64,000 nt of DNA. Source: Macrostomum hystrix (lineage: Eukaryota; Animalia; Platyhelminthes). The translations under genes were made by a program, and so were the position numbers. Below the pieces are notes generated by a model. That model had not been told where the DNA came from, ran no database searches, and saw nothing but the letters and a program-made list of their open reading frames with translations. Below are positions 49,901-62,600 of the stretch, piece after piece. Position 1 is the first letter of the stretch. Every line of letters starts with the position of its first letter. Where the stretch lies: contig CATNEN010000039.1 in assembly GCA_950097015.1 (NCBI GenBank), positions 11,656,001 through 11,720,000 of the forward strand. The letters are read 5' to 3'.

Positions 49901-52900
49901 AGACAACTTTCGCCAGTGGGAAGTGTCGAGCCGCATTCCGGCGGGCCCCAATCGGCAGTACCAGCCGAGTCAGGCGCCGTTCGAGGGCCAGAGCACCACC
50001 GCCGCCCACTTTGTGCCGCACCAGCTGGAGGCCAAGAGGAACTTCAAGCCACCAGCCGATGCCTCCAGGAATGAGGGCCCATTCGACGGCACCACCCTCT
50101 ACCGGTGAGTCCAGAACTCAGTAGAGTATCAACTAGCATTATAGATGCGAGTTGAATGGAATGGAATAGAATGGAATAGAATGGAATAGAATGGAATAGA
50201 ATGGAATAGAATGGAATAGAATGGAATAGAATGGAATAGAATGGAATAGAATGGAATAGAATAGAATAGAATAGAATAGAATAGAATGGAATAGAATGGA
50301 ATAGAATGGAATAGAATGGAATAGAATGGAATAGAATGGAATAGAATGGAATAGAATGGAATAGAATGGAATAGAATAGAATAGAATAGAATGGAATAGA
50401 ATGGAATAGAATGGAATAGAATGGAATAGAATGGAATAGAATAGAATAGAATAGAATAGAATAGAATAGAATAGAATGGAATAGAATGGAATAGAATGGA
50501 ATAGAATGGAATAGAATGGAATAGAATGGAATAGAATGGAATAGAATGGATTAGAATGGAATAGAATGGAATAGAATGGAATAGAATGGAATAGAATGGA
50601 ATAGAATGGAATAGAATGGAATAGAATGGAATAGAATGGAATAGAGTGGAATAGAATGGAATAGAATGGAATAGAATGGAATAGAGTGGAATAGAATGGA
50701 ATAGAATGGAATAGAATGGAATAGAATGCGCCCCAATGACCTAACAAAACTAAGAATCAGTGCGCTTCTCCCCTTCCTCATCGTCTTTACTTCCTCTCTC
50801 CTCCTTCCAAAGCTTGGGCTAGCAAATCTCGACCTTCAAATCGAGAATTCCCTCCAATTGGGCGCCAACCTCCATCTTTTCTTGGAATTCTTGGTCTTCT
50901 TGGGTCTCGCTAAAGAAGCGCCAGTGGGGATTTGGAGAAAAAGAGGCCGAAATTTTTATTTCACGGAGCACTTTATTATTATTATTTTCTATTTCGACCG
51001 GCGGCCCAAGCCATGGGGCGAATGATTCTGGCCCCTCAGTTCCAGTCAATAATTTCGCACATCCTCTACGTTCCGACCCGCTCTGAGAACACGCCCGACC
51101 CACCCCTTCCCCCCGATTCACTTCCGGAACAATGCCCCTCCTAAGCCTGCCAGAAACTCGTATGCCGCCCAGTTCGCCCAGCCGTTTCTGAAAAACCGCG
51201 CTATCTGCCCTGGGGGCCGTTTTATGCCAAGTCCATTCTCCTTCTCTCTTTCTTTGAGTTGCCTGCCCTTTTGCCAATCGCTTTCCTTTCCTTTATTTTT
51301 TAACTCTCTCTATCTCTCTCTCAACTTCGCTCTACAACTCTTATCTTCCTTTCTCACCCTCTTTCTCACCTGTCTCTCTCTTTATTTTTTTATCACCATT
51401 TCTCCCCGTCTCCCTCTTTCTCCCCCTGTCTCCCTCTTTCTCCCCTGTCACCCTCTTTCTCCCCCTGTCTCCCTCTTTCTCCCCCTGTCTCCCTCTTTCT
51501 CCCTCTGCCTCCCTCTTTCTCCCCTGTCACCCTCTTTCTCCCCCTGTCAACCTCTTTCTCCCCCTGTCTCCCTCTTTCTCCCCTGTCTCCGAGCACCCAT
51601 GATGGTTTCATCCTACTCTCCCCTCTTTCTCTTTCTTCTCCTAAGTCGTCTTTCTGGCGATTGTGTTGCATTTACGTCTCTTTTGTAAGATACTGTTTTC
51701 CTGTCCCAATCTCTCCCGTTTCTCGCTTCTTCGTCCTCCTAATTCTTAAATAGCGCCACTGCCTCCCGACGTCAACCTACGAGCTAAGTGTTTAGTGAAG
51801 GCAGGTGATATTAAGATGAGGCTGGTAGTTGATGAAGTTAAGAAAACACTTTTAAGCTCGCTCAAAGGCCATGCGAAGCTTGTCCCTGCTTGTTCCGATA
51901 GCTAAGCTTAGATTATATTAAATAGGTAAATCGAATTTGGTTCTTAGCTAAGCTTGCTTTTAACAAGATGAGCTTAGAGTGAAGCCATTCCATTGAGATA
52001 CCGAAGATAAACATCCTGAGCAACATCCTGAGCAACAGTATAACAACTGTCGCTGTGTACTTATTTCATTGCGGAGGTGTATGTCGATCTAGGCCATTTT
52101 GCACGTGAAATATCTTTACAATATTTAATTTTACGATAAGTTTTGACTTATGTGCATCTTGTCAATAAAGTTAATCTCACCTTTTAATGAACTCCATCCA
52201 ACCTCTGAATTAATCCATCATGCTTACCAAACAAGCGTATATCACCTGTCAATCAACTGAATCTCACCTGCCAATCAACTGAATCTCACCTGTCAATCAA
52301 CTGAATCTTAGCTGCCAATCAACTGAATCTCATCTCTCAATCAACTGAATCTCATCTCTTAATCAACTGAATCTCACCTGCCAATCAACTGAATCTTAGC
52401 TGCCAATCAACTGAATCTCACCTGCCAATCAACTGAATCTCACCTGTCAATCAACTGAATCTCACCTGCCAATCAACTGAATCTCACCTGTCAATCAACT
52501 GAATCTTAGCTGCCAATCAACTGAATCTCACCTGCCAATCAACTGAATCTTAGCTGCCAATCAACTGAATCTCATCTCTCAATCAACTGAATCTCATCTC
52601 TTAATCAACTGAATCTCACCTGCCAATCAACTGAATCTCACCTGTCAATCAACTGAATCTTAGCTGCCAATCAACTGAATCCCACCTGCCAATCAACTGA
52701 ATCTTACCTGCCAATCAACTGAATCTTAGCTGCCAATCAACTGAATCTCATCTCTCAATCAACTGAATCTCATCTCTTAATCAACTGAATCTCACCTGCC
52801 AATCAACTGAATCTTAGCTGCCAATCAACTGAATCTCACCTGCCAATCAACTGAATCTCACCTGCCAATCAACTGAATCTCACCTGTCAATCAACTGAAT

Positions 52901-53497
52901 CTTAGCTGCCAATCAACTGAATCTTAGCTGCCAATCAACTGAATCTCACCTGCCAATCAACTGAATCTCACCTGCCAATCAACTGAATCTTAGCTGCCAA
53001 TCAACTGAATCTCACCTGCCAATCAACTGAATCTCACCTGTCAATCAACTGAATCTCACCTGTCAATCAACTGAATCTCACCTGTCAATCAACTGAATCT
53101 TACCTGTCAATCAACTGTATCTCACCTGTCAATCAACTGAATCTCACCTGCAAATCAACTGAATCTCACCTGCCAATCAACTGAATCTCACCTGTCAATC
53201 AACTGAATCTTAGCTACCAATCAACTGAATCACCTGTCAATCAACTAAATCACACTTGTCAATCAACTAAATCACACCTGCCAATCAAATGAATCACACC
53301 TGTCAATCAACCTCCGCAGCACCGAGTTCGTGCCAAAGCAGCCAGAGCCATGCCCAGCTGCCCAGCTGTTATCTGGCTCGTCTGTTTACCGATTTCAAGG
53401 TCGCGACGAGAAGGGGCACCAGGTCTTCGGGACCAGCACCGCTGATGACACGACCGTGATGGACTTGAAGAGTGGCCAAATGGTGCCAGTCAAGTAA
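46902..53497 (+). CDS. SAXO: Stabilizer of axonemal microtubules (SAXO / FAM154 family)
   Basis: N-terminal MSPAEQCICKMCNCG|RHKC signature and repeated Mn-type P-F/L-x-x-x-T-T-Y-x-x-D-Y/F motifs. Exons 46902-46945, 47749-48104, 48711-49350, 49901-50104, 53320-53497 (phases 2, 1, 2, 2 consistent). Confidence 0.9.
48170..48540 (+). repeat. Dispersed repeat family X, longest copy (SAXO intron)
   Basis: Homologous to 19905-20055 and 43955-44140. Confidence 0.65.
49522..49805 (-). mobile_element. SINE family 1 copy
   Basis: Homologous to 20372-20736. Confidence 0.8.
50153..50727. repeat. (GAATG GAATA)n simple satellite
   Basis: Pentamer/decamer tandem array. Confidence 0.98.
51398..51590. repeat. 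Pyrimidine-rich ~22-bp minisatellite
   Basis: Unit tctccctctttctccccctg. Confidence 0.85.
52240..53310. repeat. 21-bp minisatellite (~50 copies) ending just before the SAXO last-exon acceptor
   Basis: Unit caatcaactgaatctcacctgY. Confidence 0.97.
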
Positions 53498-53769
53498 CAA
53501 GGATCTGTTGCTGATTAATTAATTGCCAAGCCAAAAAAAATGGGAACTTAAAATTGCTTTGCGAACGGTTTTATCTACAAGGCACCGAGTTTTTTAAAAT
53601 AATATTTTGGTTTGAAAATGTGATTAATGCATGTGAAAACAACAAATACCGGATATTTTAAGCGCTACTCCCAAAGTCCCGAATGATCGATTTTTTCGAA
53701 GAGATTTTCAACTTTTAAACATATTTATTGCACAATTCACTTTCACTTCACAGCAATAAATAATTAGTA

Positions 53770-54755
53770 TAGCTTTTGCCATTCAATCTCAGTGTTTTGT
53801 CATTCATACTCAGCCCCCATAGAATTAATCCAGCCAGTTGGCGCGGTTTGGCCCATAGACTATCGCTCTGTGCCATTCAATCTCGGGTTTTGTCATTCAA
53901 ACTCAGCTCTTTATAAGCTCGGTCTCTCAAACGCAGTCCTCCAAAAGACAGCTAAATTACAAATTTCTTCCATTGCATTTGCTTACATGGCCCAACTTAC
54001 ATGGGCCATATGCTTACATGGAGCGCCTGGGCAACGTTGCACTGGACACTCTGACGCCTCTGAAGGCCGCAAACTGGGAGATTGCCTGCAGCCGACTGTA
54101 TCCACGGTGCATTATGCAAATTCCTTTTCTCTGAGTCACTGTTCTGATCCAAGACATTAACAATTCCGCTCAAATCCGTATGTTTCTCACAATGATGCTA
54201 GAGGTGTTTGACTTGTAATGTGTATGAACTGCATTATGTTTAACAAGTTTAACAAGTCAGTTTTTCGGTCCTGTGTAACATGAGCCGAGCTGAGGAATAA
54301 TAACCTGTTCATTCCTTATCCACATTCCTTCTCCACATTGACATATAACCAAGTGTGCGTAAACGTCTCAAGCTCGTGTATAGTTTATGGCCCAAAGGCC
54401 ATCAAAGAAATAGATTGAAGTGTGCAGTAAATTCCGCAACTGTGCGGTAAATGATACTCCACTTGATCTCCATGCCATCCCTCTTCTGAGCTACTATGCA
54501 GTAAATCCCAGACGGGTATTGTCTATGGGCCGAAGGAGCTGGTCTTGCGCACACACACTTGGTCATAAATCAATGCACTTATGCTAGGCTTCCTAGTGCG
54601 TAAATCTACCATTATAGCCTGAGTTTGAATGACAAAACCCCAGATTGAATGGCACAGAGCGATAGTCTATGGGCCAGACCGCGCCAACTGGCTGGATTAA
54701 TTCTATGGGGGCTGAGTATGAATGACAAAACACTGAGATTGAATGGCAAAAGCTA
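53770..54755. mobile_element. Non-autonomous DNA transposon / MITE with ~137-bp TIRs
   Basis: 53770-53906 is a near-perfect reverse complement of 54619-54755; TA (or TATA) on both flanks; no transposase ORF. Confidence 0.88.
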
Positions 54756-55429
54756 TATGTGTTTGCAGGTGTTTTTCCATTTTTTTCGTTAAAGCAAGCA
54801 ACCTGTGCTAATCGTCTGTTGTTGATTCTTACAATTATTTTCAGATTTACTAGAAACAGCAAATTTCATTGTGCAATCTAAATCTAATCTATTCTATATT
54901 TATCGTCAGAGCTTAGCCTACTTTTCCAGTTATTTGATCGCTTTCGATTGAAAAGTTCAAACAGATTGTAAAATTGTTTTTTTACCAACAATAATCCCTT
55001 TGCAATAAATTCACATCGAATTCACAGATTGTCTTGTCTAGTTTTTAACACTTTTTTACGAGTATTTTCACGCACAGCGTCGATCCAAATTGTTTGTTTG
55101 TTTTATCGATAATTTTTTTCCCGACCTACAGTGAGGCACTTGCATTCGCGGTTACCCTCGTTTCGCAAGCTTTTTTACAAGAACAACCCGTTTCCTTCTG
55201 TTTGGGCTACGAACCTCGAATAAAACAATGGTTTGAGGTTTAAGCACGAGATGGTTTTTTGAGTAAGCTCGGAATATACCAAATATTGATTAGCAATTTT
55301 ATAAGATTCTATCCTATTTCTTTTGTTATTAAATTTAAAAGACGCTTATACCTACACGCTCGTACGAGCTTCAGTCCTACTTAACTCCAATGCGGCACAA
55401 ACGAAAGTGTACATTCCCAGAACTCTTTG

Positions 55430-55815
55430 CCAAAACCCATCACCTCATTTTCCCTGCCCCCTTGTGCAAAGATCAGTCAACGTTCAATGTACAGCCAATT
55501 AGATTTTTTCGCTTGCCGCCTAAACCCGCCACCTCATTTTCCCTGCCCCCCTGTGCAAAGATCAAAGTCAACGTTCAATGTACAGCCAAAGAGATTTTTT
55601 CGCTTGCCGCCTAAACCCACCACCTCATTTTCCCTGCCCCCTGTGCAAAGATCAGTCAACGTTCAATGTACAGCCAAATAGATTTTTTCGCTTGCCGCCT
55701 AAACCCGCCACCTCATTTTCCCTGCCCCCCTGTGCAAAGATCAGTCAACGTTCAATGTACAGCCAAAGAGATTTTTTCGCTTGCCGCCTAAACCCACCAC
55801 CTCATTTTCCCTGCC
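55430..55815. repeat. ~90-bp tandem repeat x4
   Basis: cacctcattttccctgccccc...gtcaacgttcaatgtacagccaa...cgcttgccgcctaaaccc repeated. Confidence 0.9.
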
Positions 55816-56769
55816 TATCCATTTTCAAGGTGGTCGTGATGTGGCAGGTGTCAAAAGTACAAACCGCTAAATGGTTCATAATATTATAACTAAAAAGTAA
55901 ATGTTAACCTTCGAAGTAGATTTTTTACGCTCTCCAACGGCCATATTGGTTAGGGTAAGTCACAATCTTCAAGCCCTATTCCAGCCTAATATTTGCCCTG
56001 CTCGGATATATAGTGCGCTATAGCTGCGGTTTTCAGCGAGCCCGTTAGCCAGTCAAATGAAAGCGCAAATTCTTCTTCCGAAAGTAATTTTTCACAGTCG
56101 CCATCAACTTTCCTACACTAGCATAGCCCTCTAAGGCTTGCGGCAAAGGAAAATTTATGGGCGCAAGGGTCTGCTGACGTCGAAACACTGCCGACTAGGA
56201 AGTAGAACAGGATTGGAGCTGTGAAGAGCGGTCAAGGCAGAAGGATCAACCATGGTGTGGCCTTCAAAAACAGTTACTGACACTATACCCTGCTGTTAAG
56301 TTTTTAGTTTATTTTCGAACTTTCTTAAAGTAAACGTTAAGGTCCGCTACAAGCTCGTAATATATAATTTGGCCCAAATGATTTCAACTTTTATGGTGGA
56401 TACAAAATGACTTCTAGAAGGATATCGTTAGCTCCAAACTGCTGTTTGCTATTGCACCGATTTTGCTTTCTAATCTGCTTTTCTATTTTTTTAGTTTGCT
56501 CGTCAAATAATTTGCAAGCAATATACGCGCTCGTACAATCAACACCTGGGTCTACCCAACTCCCATTAGCGAATGCCATTCGCCACATGTGGGCCCGGTA
56601 GCAGCTATTCGCGATTTAGTTTTGATGCACTTTTAGGCTAGCCGTTTGGCATTGAATGCGCAGAGTCCATTCGTGATTTTGCGAACTAGCTACGAGTACA
56701 ATGGCTTCGCTTCCACTGTTTTGTGGACTCGATGTCGGAGCAACGCAAGCACACGAAACTCAAGAAAAC

Positions 56770-57205
56770 GGGCCAACTTTTTGTTGCGCATCTTCTGAAA
56801 CAATAATCAAGTCACCAGCTCTTCAGACCGTCGAGATATTCAATGTTTCTGGCCGAAGGTCAGACTTTTTCCTATAAGCGCTAGTGTATTTCACACACCC
56901 CTATACACGAATTAGCACTGCGCCTCAGTGCGGCCTTGCCAGGCCTTCAAAATTTAACAGCATGTCACCCGAATGTGCCTGCATCATCTCCGTCTGCGGT
57001 GGTCACCTTTATCTAGACAGATTTGCTGGATCGTCAAACGCTACAACAGGTAGAATTATACCACTATGACACCCTGACGCGAAGTTCTCCAATTTCAATG
57101 ATCAAGCCTAAATATTAGGCAATTAATTTCGACCACAGGACACCATCGCTTAGTCTATCAACAAATCAGTCTCCATCCAAGGCTGCCTTCAGGCGCTGCA
57201 AAAAA
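56770..57205 (+). repeat. Dispersed repeat family Y copy
   Basis: Homolog of 21665-22075. Confidence 0.8.
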
Positions 57206-57792
57206 GGTGTATCTAGTGGTTGGTGTATCTAGGGGTTGGTGCATCTAGTGGTTGGTGTATCTAGGGGTTGGTGCATCTAGTGGTTGGTGTATCTAGGGTT
57301 GGTGTATTTAGGGGTTGGTGTATTTAGGGTTGGTGTATTTAGGGGTTGGTGTATTTAGGGGTTGGTGTATTTAGGGGTTGGTGTATTTAGGGGTTGGTGT
57401 ATTTAGAGGTTGGTGTATTTAGGGGTTGGTGTATTTAGGGGTTGGTGTATTTAGGGGTTGGTGTATTTAGGGGTTGGTGTATTTAGAGGTTGGTGTATTT
57501 AGGGGTTGGTGTATTTAGAGGTTGGTGTATTTAGGGGTTGGTGTATTTAGAGGTTGGTGTATTTAGAGGTTGGTGTATTTAGGGGTTGGTGTATTTAGGG
57601 GTTGGTGTATTTAGAGGTTGGTGTATTTAGAGGTTGGTGTATTTAGGGGTTGGTGTATTTAGAGGTTGGTGTATTTAGAGGTTGGTGTATTTAGGGGTTG
57701 GTGTATTTAGAGGTTGGTGTATTTAGAGGTTGGTGTATTTAGGGGTTGGTGTATTTAGGGGTTGGTGTATTTAGGGGTTGGTGTATTTAGGG
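57206..57792. repeat. 17-bp minisatellite
   Basis: Unit ggttggtgtatttagRg. Confidence 0.97.
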
Positions 57793-58207
57793 ACTCGTAG
57801 ATTTTTCGCCTACGTTCAGTTCCGGCTAAAAGCTATTTTCACAAAACAGAACACTACAAAGTGCACTTCATGAACATTAGTTTCTGTTTTTTTTCTGACA
57901 CAAACTCTAAAGCAATTGCCTACAACAAGGTGAAAAAACAAAAAAGTAAATATAATGAGAATTTTAGGCCCCTTGAGAAGCTTTTAAGGATTACAAAATG
58001 CGGCAATTTCAATGCTTGACTACTTTTCTATTCGGCTGGTACAAAAACCGCATTCAGACTGCTTTTAAGCTGATTGTGTGACACCTGGGCCGATTAGGTC
58101 CGATAAGCAGCCTGTACAAAGTAGGATAAAAAGAAGACTGCAGTAGATTTGGAAAAAATGCTTCTAGTAGGACAGAAAATAAAACAGTTCATCTTGGCGT
58201 TAACTTA

Positions 58208-58627
58208 TACAGCTGTTAGACAGAGTGTTCAGCTGTTAGACAGAGTGTTCAGCTGTTAGACAGAGTGTTCAGCTGTTAAACAGAGTGTTCAGCTGTTAGA
58301 CAGAGTGTTTAGCTGTTAGACAGAGTGTTCAGCTGTTAAACAGAGTGTTCAGCTGTTAGACAGAGTGTTTAGCTGTTAGACAGAGTGTTTAGCTGTTAGA
58401 CAGAGTGTTCAACTGTTAGACAGAGTGTTCAACTGTTAGACAGAGTGTTCAGCTGTTAGACAGAGTGTTCAGCTGTTAGACAGAGTGTTCAGCTGTTAAA
58501 CAGAGTGTTCAGCTGTTAGACAGAGTGTTCAACTGTTAGACAGAGTGTTCAGCTGTTAGACAGAGTGTTCAGCTGTTAGACAGAGTGTTCAGCTGTTAGA
58601 CAGAGTGTTCAGCTGTTAGACAGAGTG
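58208..58627. repeat. 20-bp minisatellite x21
   Basis: Unit cagctgttagacagagtgtt. Confidence 0.97.
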
Positions 58628-59689
58628 GCTCATTGATGTGTCAAATTTTTGTGTCATTTAGAGACGCTCAAGTATAGAAAATCAAGCAAAGTAGAAGAAA
58701 GTTTTTGGGATGTGCCAACACTTTTTATTAATGCGAAAATTTGAACTAAACGTTCTGTACAAAAGGCGACGATACACTGCAATAGGTTCCAGCGGAATAT
58801 ACTATTAAGCTCCGTATTGATCCAGTCACCACAATGGGTTGGTTCAGAATTGAATCAGTTAGATTTTCAAGCTGCATATATTAAAATTTTGATTGAAAAA
58901 AAATAGAAAAGAATCCGGATTCAGGTCACGGGCTGTGTGGATGGCACACACACAGAGAGCTGGCAATTGTTGGCCCACCCAGACAGACATTCAACCAGAC
59001 CCTCTCGCAGACGTTTTTCGACGTACAGGAGCGCCACCCCCTACGACACCCGACCCGACCCGATCCGGTAGCGTTGTCCGCTTTTCCAGTTTGCGCGCGA
59101 GGAAACGGGGGTAGAGAGAGGAGGGAGAGAGAGAGAGAAAAGGGGATAAAAATATGGGAACGAGTTGGGTTTAGGAGGGGGGAATTTTTAGGGAGACAGA
59201 CGGTCGTTGGGTCTAGCACAAGTACTGGCTGCAGCACAGTAAAGAATATTAGAATCCCAAGCACCATCATTAAGCCTGCTCTAAATACACAAGCACGTAT
59301 ATATATGCCAGATGATTATTGGCTGAGTTAAAAGCCTTCAAGAGAGAAAGAGACAAGCCAGGGAGAGGCAGATTGGACGGTTAGAAGTATAGGAACGGGA
59401 GGGAGGGGTAGAGAGCTTTTAGTCTTGTCTATCCGCACACTCGTCCCCGGCCATTTTTGTATCCCCTCCAACCACCCCAATCCCCAACTCCCGTTTTCGC
59501 GCACATAAAACTGGCCCTTCTGCTCGCCTTGTTCGGTTGTGTCAGTGCGCGCCAAGCTTTCAGTAGCTGCTGGACTCAATTAGATCAGGGAATTCGGCTC
59601 ACTGAGACTGCTCCAGCTTGGAGAAGACTTTCGTTGCTTGGATACCGTCGGACATCAGCGGCTTCTTGATCGGCTCGAACGGCTGAGCC

Positions 59690-62600
59690 ATGAAAGTGCC
59701 CGATTTGATTGCCGAGCTGCTCAACGCGGCGGAGAAATCGGCGGAGATGGCAAGGGCCATCCGGCGCGAGGAGGCCCTGTTCCAGCTGCTCATCGAAGAG
59801 AAGACGGGCGACGATAAAGGGAGACGGTTCGGCTTCGACTTCAAGACGCTGGCCGATGTCATCATTCAGGAAATGATCCGACGCGATCTGGAGAAGAAGG
59901 CGAGCTAGAAAATCAATTTATCTATCAATTCATCATTCAACCAATCACAATTCATCAATCAAACAACCAATTTATAATAAAAAAACCAATTAACCAAAAA
60001 AAACAATCATCGCACCGATCAATAGATCGATTTATCAATCAATCAAATCACCAATCAATTCACCAATCATTAAACCAATTAATTCACCAATCTATTAACC
60101 AATCAATTCACCAATCAATTCACCAATCAATTCACCAATCAATTCACCAATCAATTCACCAATCAATTCACCAATTAATTCACCAATCAATTCACCAATC
60201 AATTCACCAATCAATTCACCAATCAATTCACCAATCAATCAACCAATCAATTCACCAATCAATTAACCAATCAATTCACCAATCAACTCACCAATCAATT
60301 CACCAATCAATTCACCAATCAATTCACCAATCAACTCACCAATCAATTCACCAACCAATTCACCAATCAATTCACCAATCAATTCACCAATCAACTCACC
60401 AATCAATTCACCAATCAATTCACGAATCAATTCACCAATCAATTCACCAATCAACTCACCAATCAATTCACCAATCAATTCACCAATCAATTCACCAATC
60501 AATTCACCAATCAATCAACCAATCAATTCACCAATCAACTCACCAATCAATTCACCAATCAATTCACCAATCAATTCACCAATCAATTCACCAATCAATC
60601 AACCAATCAATTCACCAATCAATTCACCAATCAATTCACCAATCAATTCACCAATCAATTCACCAATCAATTCACCAATCAATCAACCAATCAATTCACC
60701 AATCAACTCACCAATCAATTCACCAATCAATTCACCAATCAATTCACCAATCAATTCACCAATCAATTCACCAATCAATCAACCAATCAATTCACCAATC
60801 AATCAACTAATTTATAATTAACCAATCAAATAACCAACCAAACAATAATCGCACCAATCAATCGATCAATTCATCAACCAATCAATAATTTAATCAATCA
60901 ATTTATCAATTTACTAATCAATTCACCAATGAATGCATCAACGCATCAATCAATTAATCAAATTATCAATCATTGATCAGTCATTTATAATTTATCAATC
61001 AATTAATCAATCAATTAATCAATTCACTAACCAATCAACTCATCCAATCAACTGATCTATTCGTCAATCAACCAATCATCTGTCTATCTATCTACCTATC
61101 CATATTGCAGTTTCCCGGCATGGGCAAGCGCGTCACTGGAGAAGAGAATAACAAATTTACTAACACAGTTGGCGAGGCAGTTACCTTGGAGATCAAGGAC
61201 AACAAGAAGAAGACAATATCAACGCTTAGTAAGTGTCTTTTCGACTATTTTAGACCAGATTTGGGATATATGCAATATCCAATCCGTGTAGGGAGAGATT
61301 ATTAATTTGAGATTGGATTAATCACTAGTTGAGCTGCTCCGAAAAGCTAAATAAATATTCGCACAAAGGTGACATGCAGCTGTGAAAAACAGCTGTGAAT
61401 TCTAGTTCGGGAGCAGCTATCTAAACTCAAATGCAAGAAAAGGCTTTCTGCCCGACATGGAGACGCCATTCGGTGCAATAAATCATGACAGCAATATAAA
61501 CTTCATTTTAGAATGTTGAGTAAACTCTTCAGATTGAACTGATATCAGCCAGGTACGGCACTTGCTGCACCTGGACACTTAAAAACACTACACTACTCTC
61601 CAATCTCATCTCTCCCATCTCTCCCCTGTCTCATTCTCCCCCGTCTCATCTCTCCCGTCTCATCTCTGCCGTCTCATCTCTCCCGTCTCTCCCCTGTCTC
61701 ATCTCTCCCGTCTCTCCCCTGTCTCATCTCTCCTGTCTCATCTCTCCCGTCTCATCTCTCCCGTCTCATCTCTCCCCTGTCTCATCTCTCCCATCTCTCC
61801 CCTGTCTCATTCTCCCCCGTCTCATCTCTCCCGTCTCATCTCTGCCGTCTCATCTCTCCCGTCTCTCCCCTGTCTCATCTCTCCCGTCTCTCCCCTGTCT
61901 CATCTCTCCTGTCTCATCTCTCCCGTCTCATCTCTCCCGTCTCATCTCTCCCCTGTCTCATTCTCCCCTGTCTCATCTCTCCAGTCTCATCTCTCCCGTC
62001 TCATCTCTCCCCTGTCTCATTCTCCCCTGTCTCATCTCTCCAGTCTCATATCTCCCGTCTCATCTCTCCCGTCTCATCTCTCCCGTCTCATCTCTCCCCT
62101 GTCTCATCTCTCCCATCTCTCCCCTGTCTCATCTCTCCTATCTCTCCCCTGTCTCATCTCTCCCCTGTCTGATCTCCCCTGTCTCATCTCTCCTGTCTCA
62201 TCTCTCCCGTCTCATCTCTCCCGTCTCATCTCTCCCCTGTATCATCTCTCCCGTCTCTCCCCTGTCTCATTCTCCCCTGTCTCATCTCTCCAGTCTCATA
62301 TCTCCCGTCTCATCTCTCCCGTCTCATCTCTCCCGTCTCATCTCTCCCGTCTCATCTCTCCCGTCTCATCTCTCCCGTCTCATCTCTCCCGTCTCATCTC
62401 TCCCGTCTCATCTCTCCCGTCTCATCTCTCCCGTCTCTCCCCTGTCTCATCTCTCCCATCTCTCCCCTGTCTCATCTCTCCTATCTCTCCCCTGTCTCAT
62501 CTCTCCCCTGTCTGATCTCTCCTGTCTCATCTTTCCCGCCTCATCTCTCCCGTCTCATCTCTCCCCTGTCTCATCCCCTCCCATGTCTCATCTCTCCGTT

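Noticed and set aside
57206-57792. Interstitial telomere
   Set aside because: TTAGGG is only part of a 17-bp unit, not a (TTAGGG)n array
58893-59690. Divergent gene upstream of INPP1 with a 33-nt intron (59569-59601)
   Set aside because: Could not build a consistent open frame or recognise any protein
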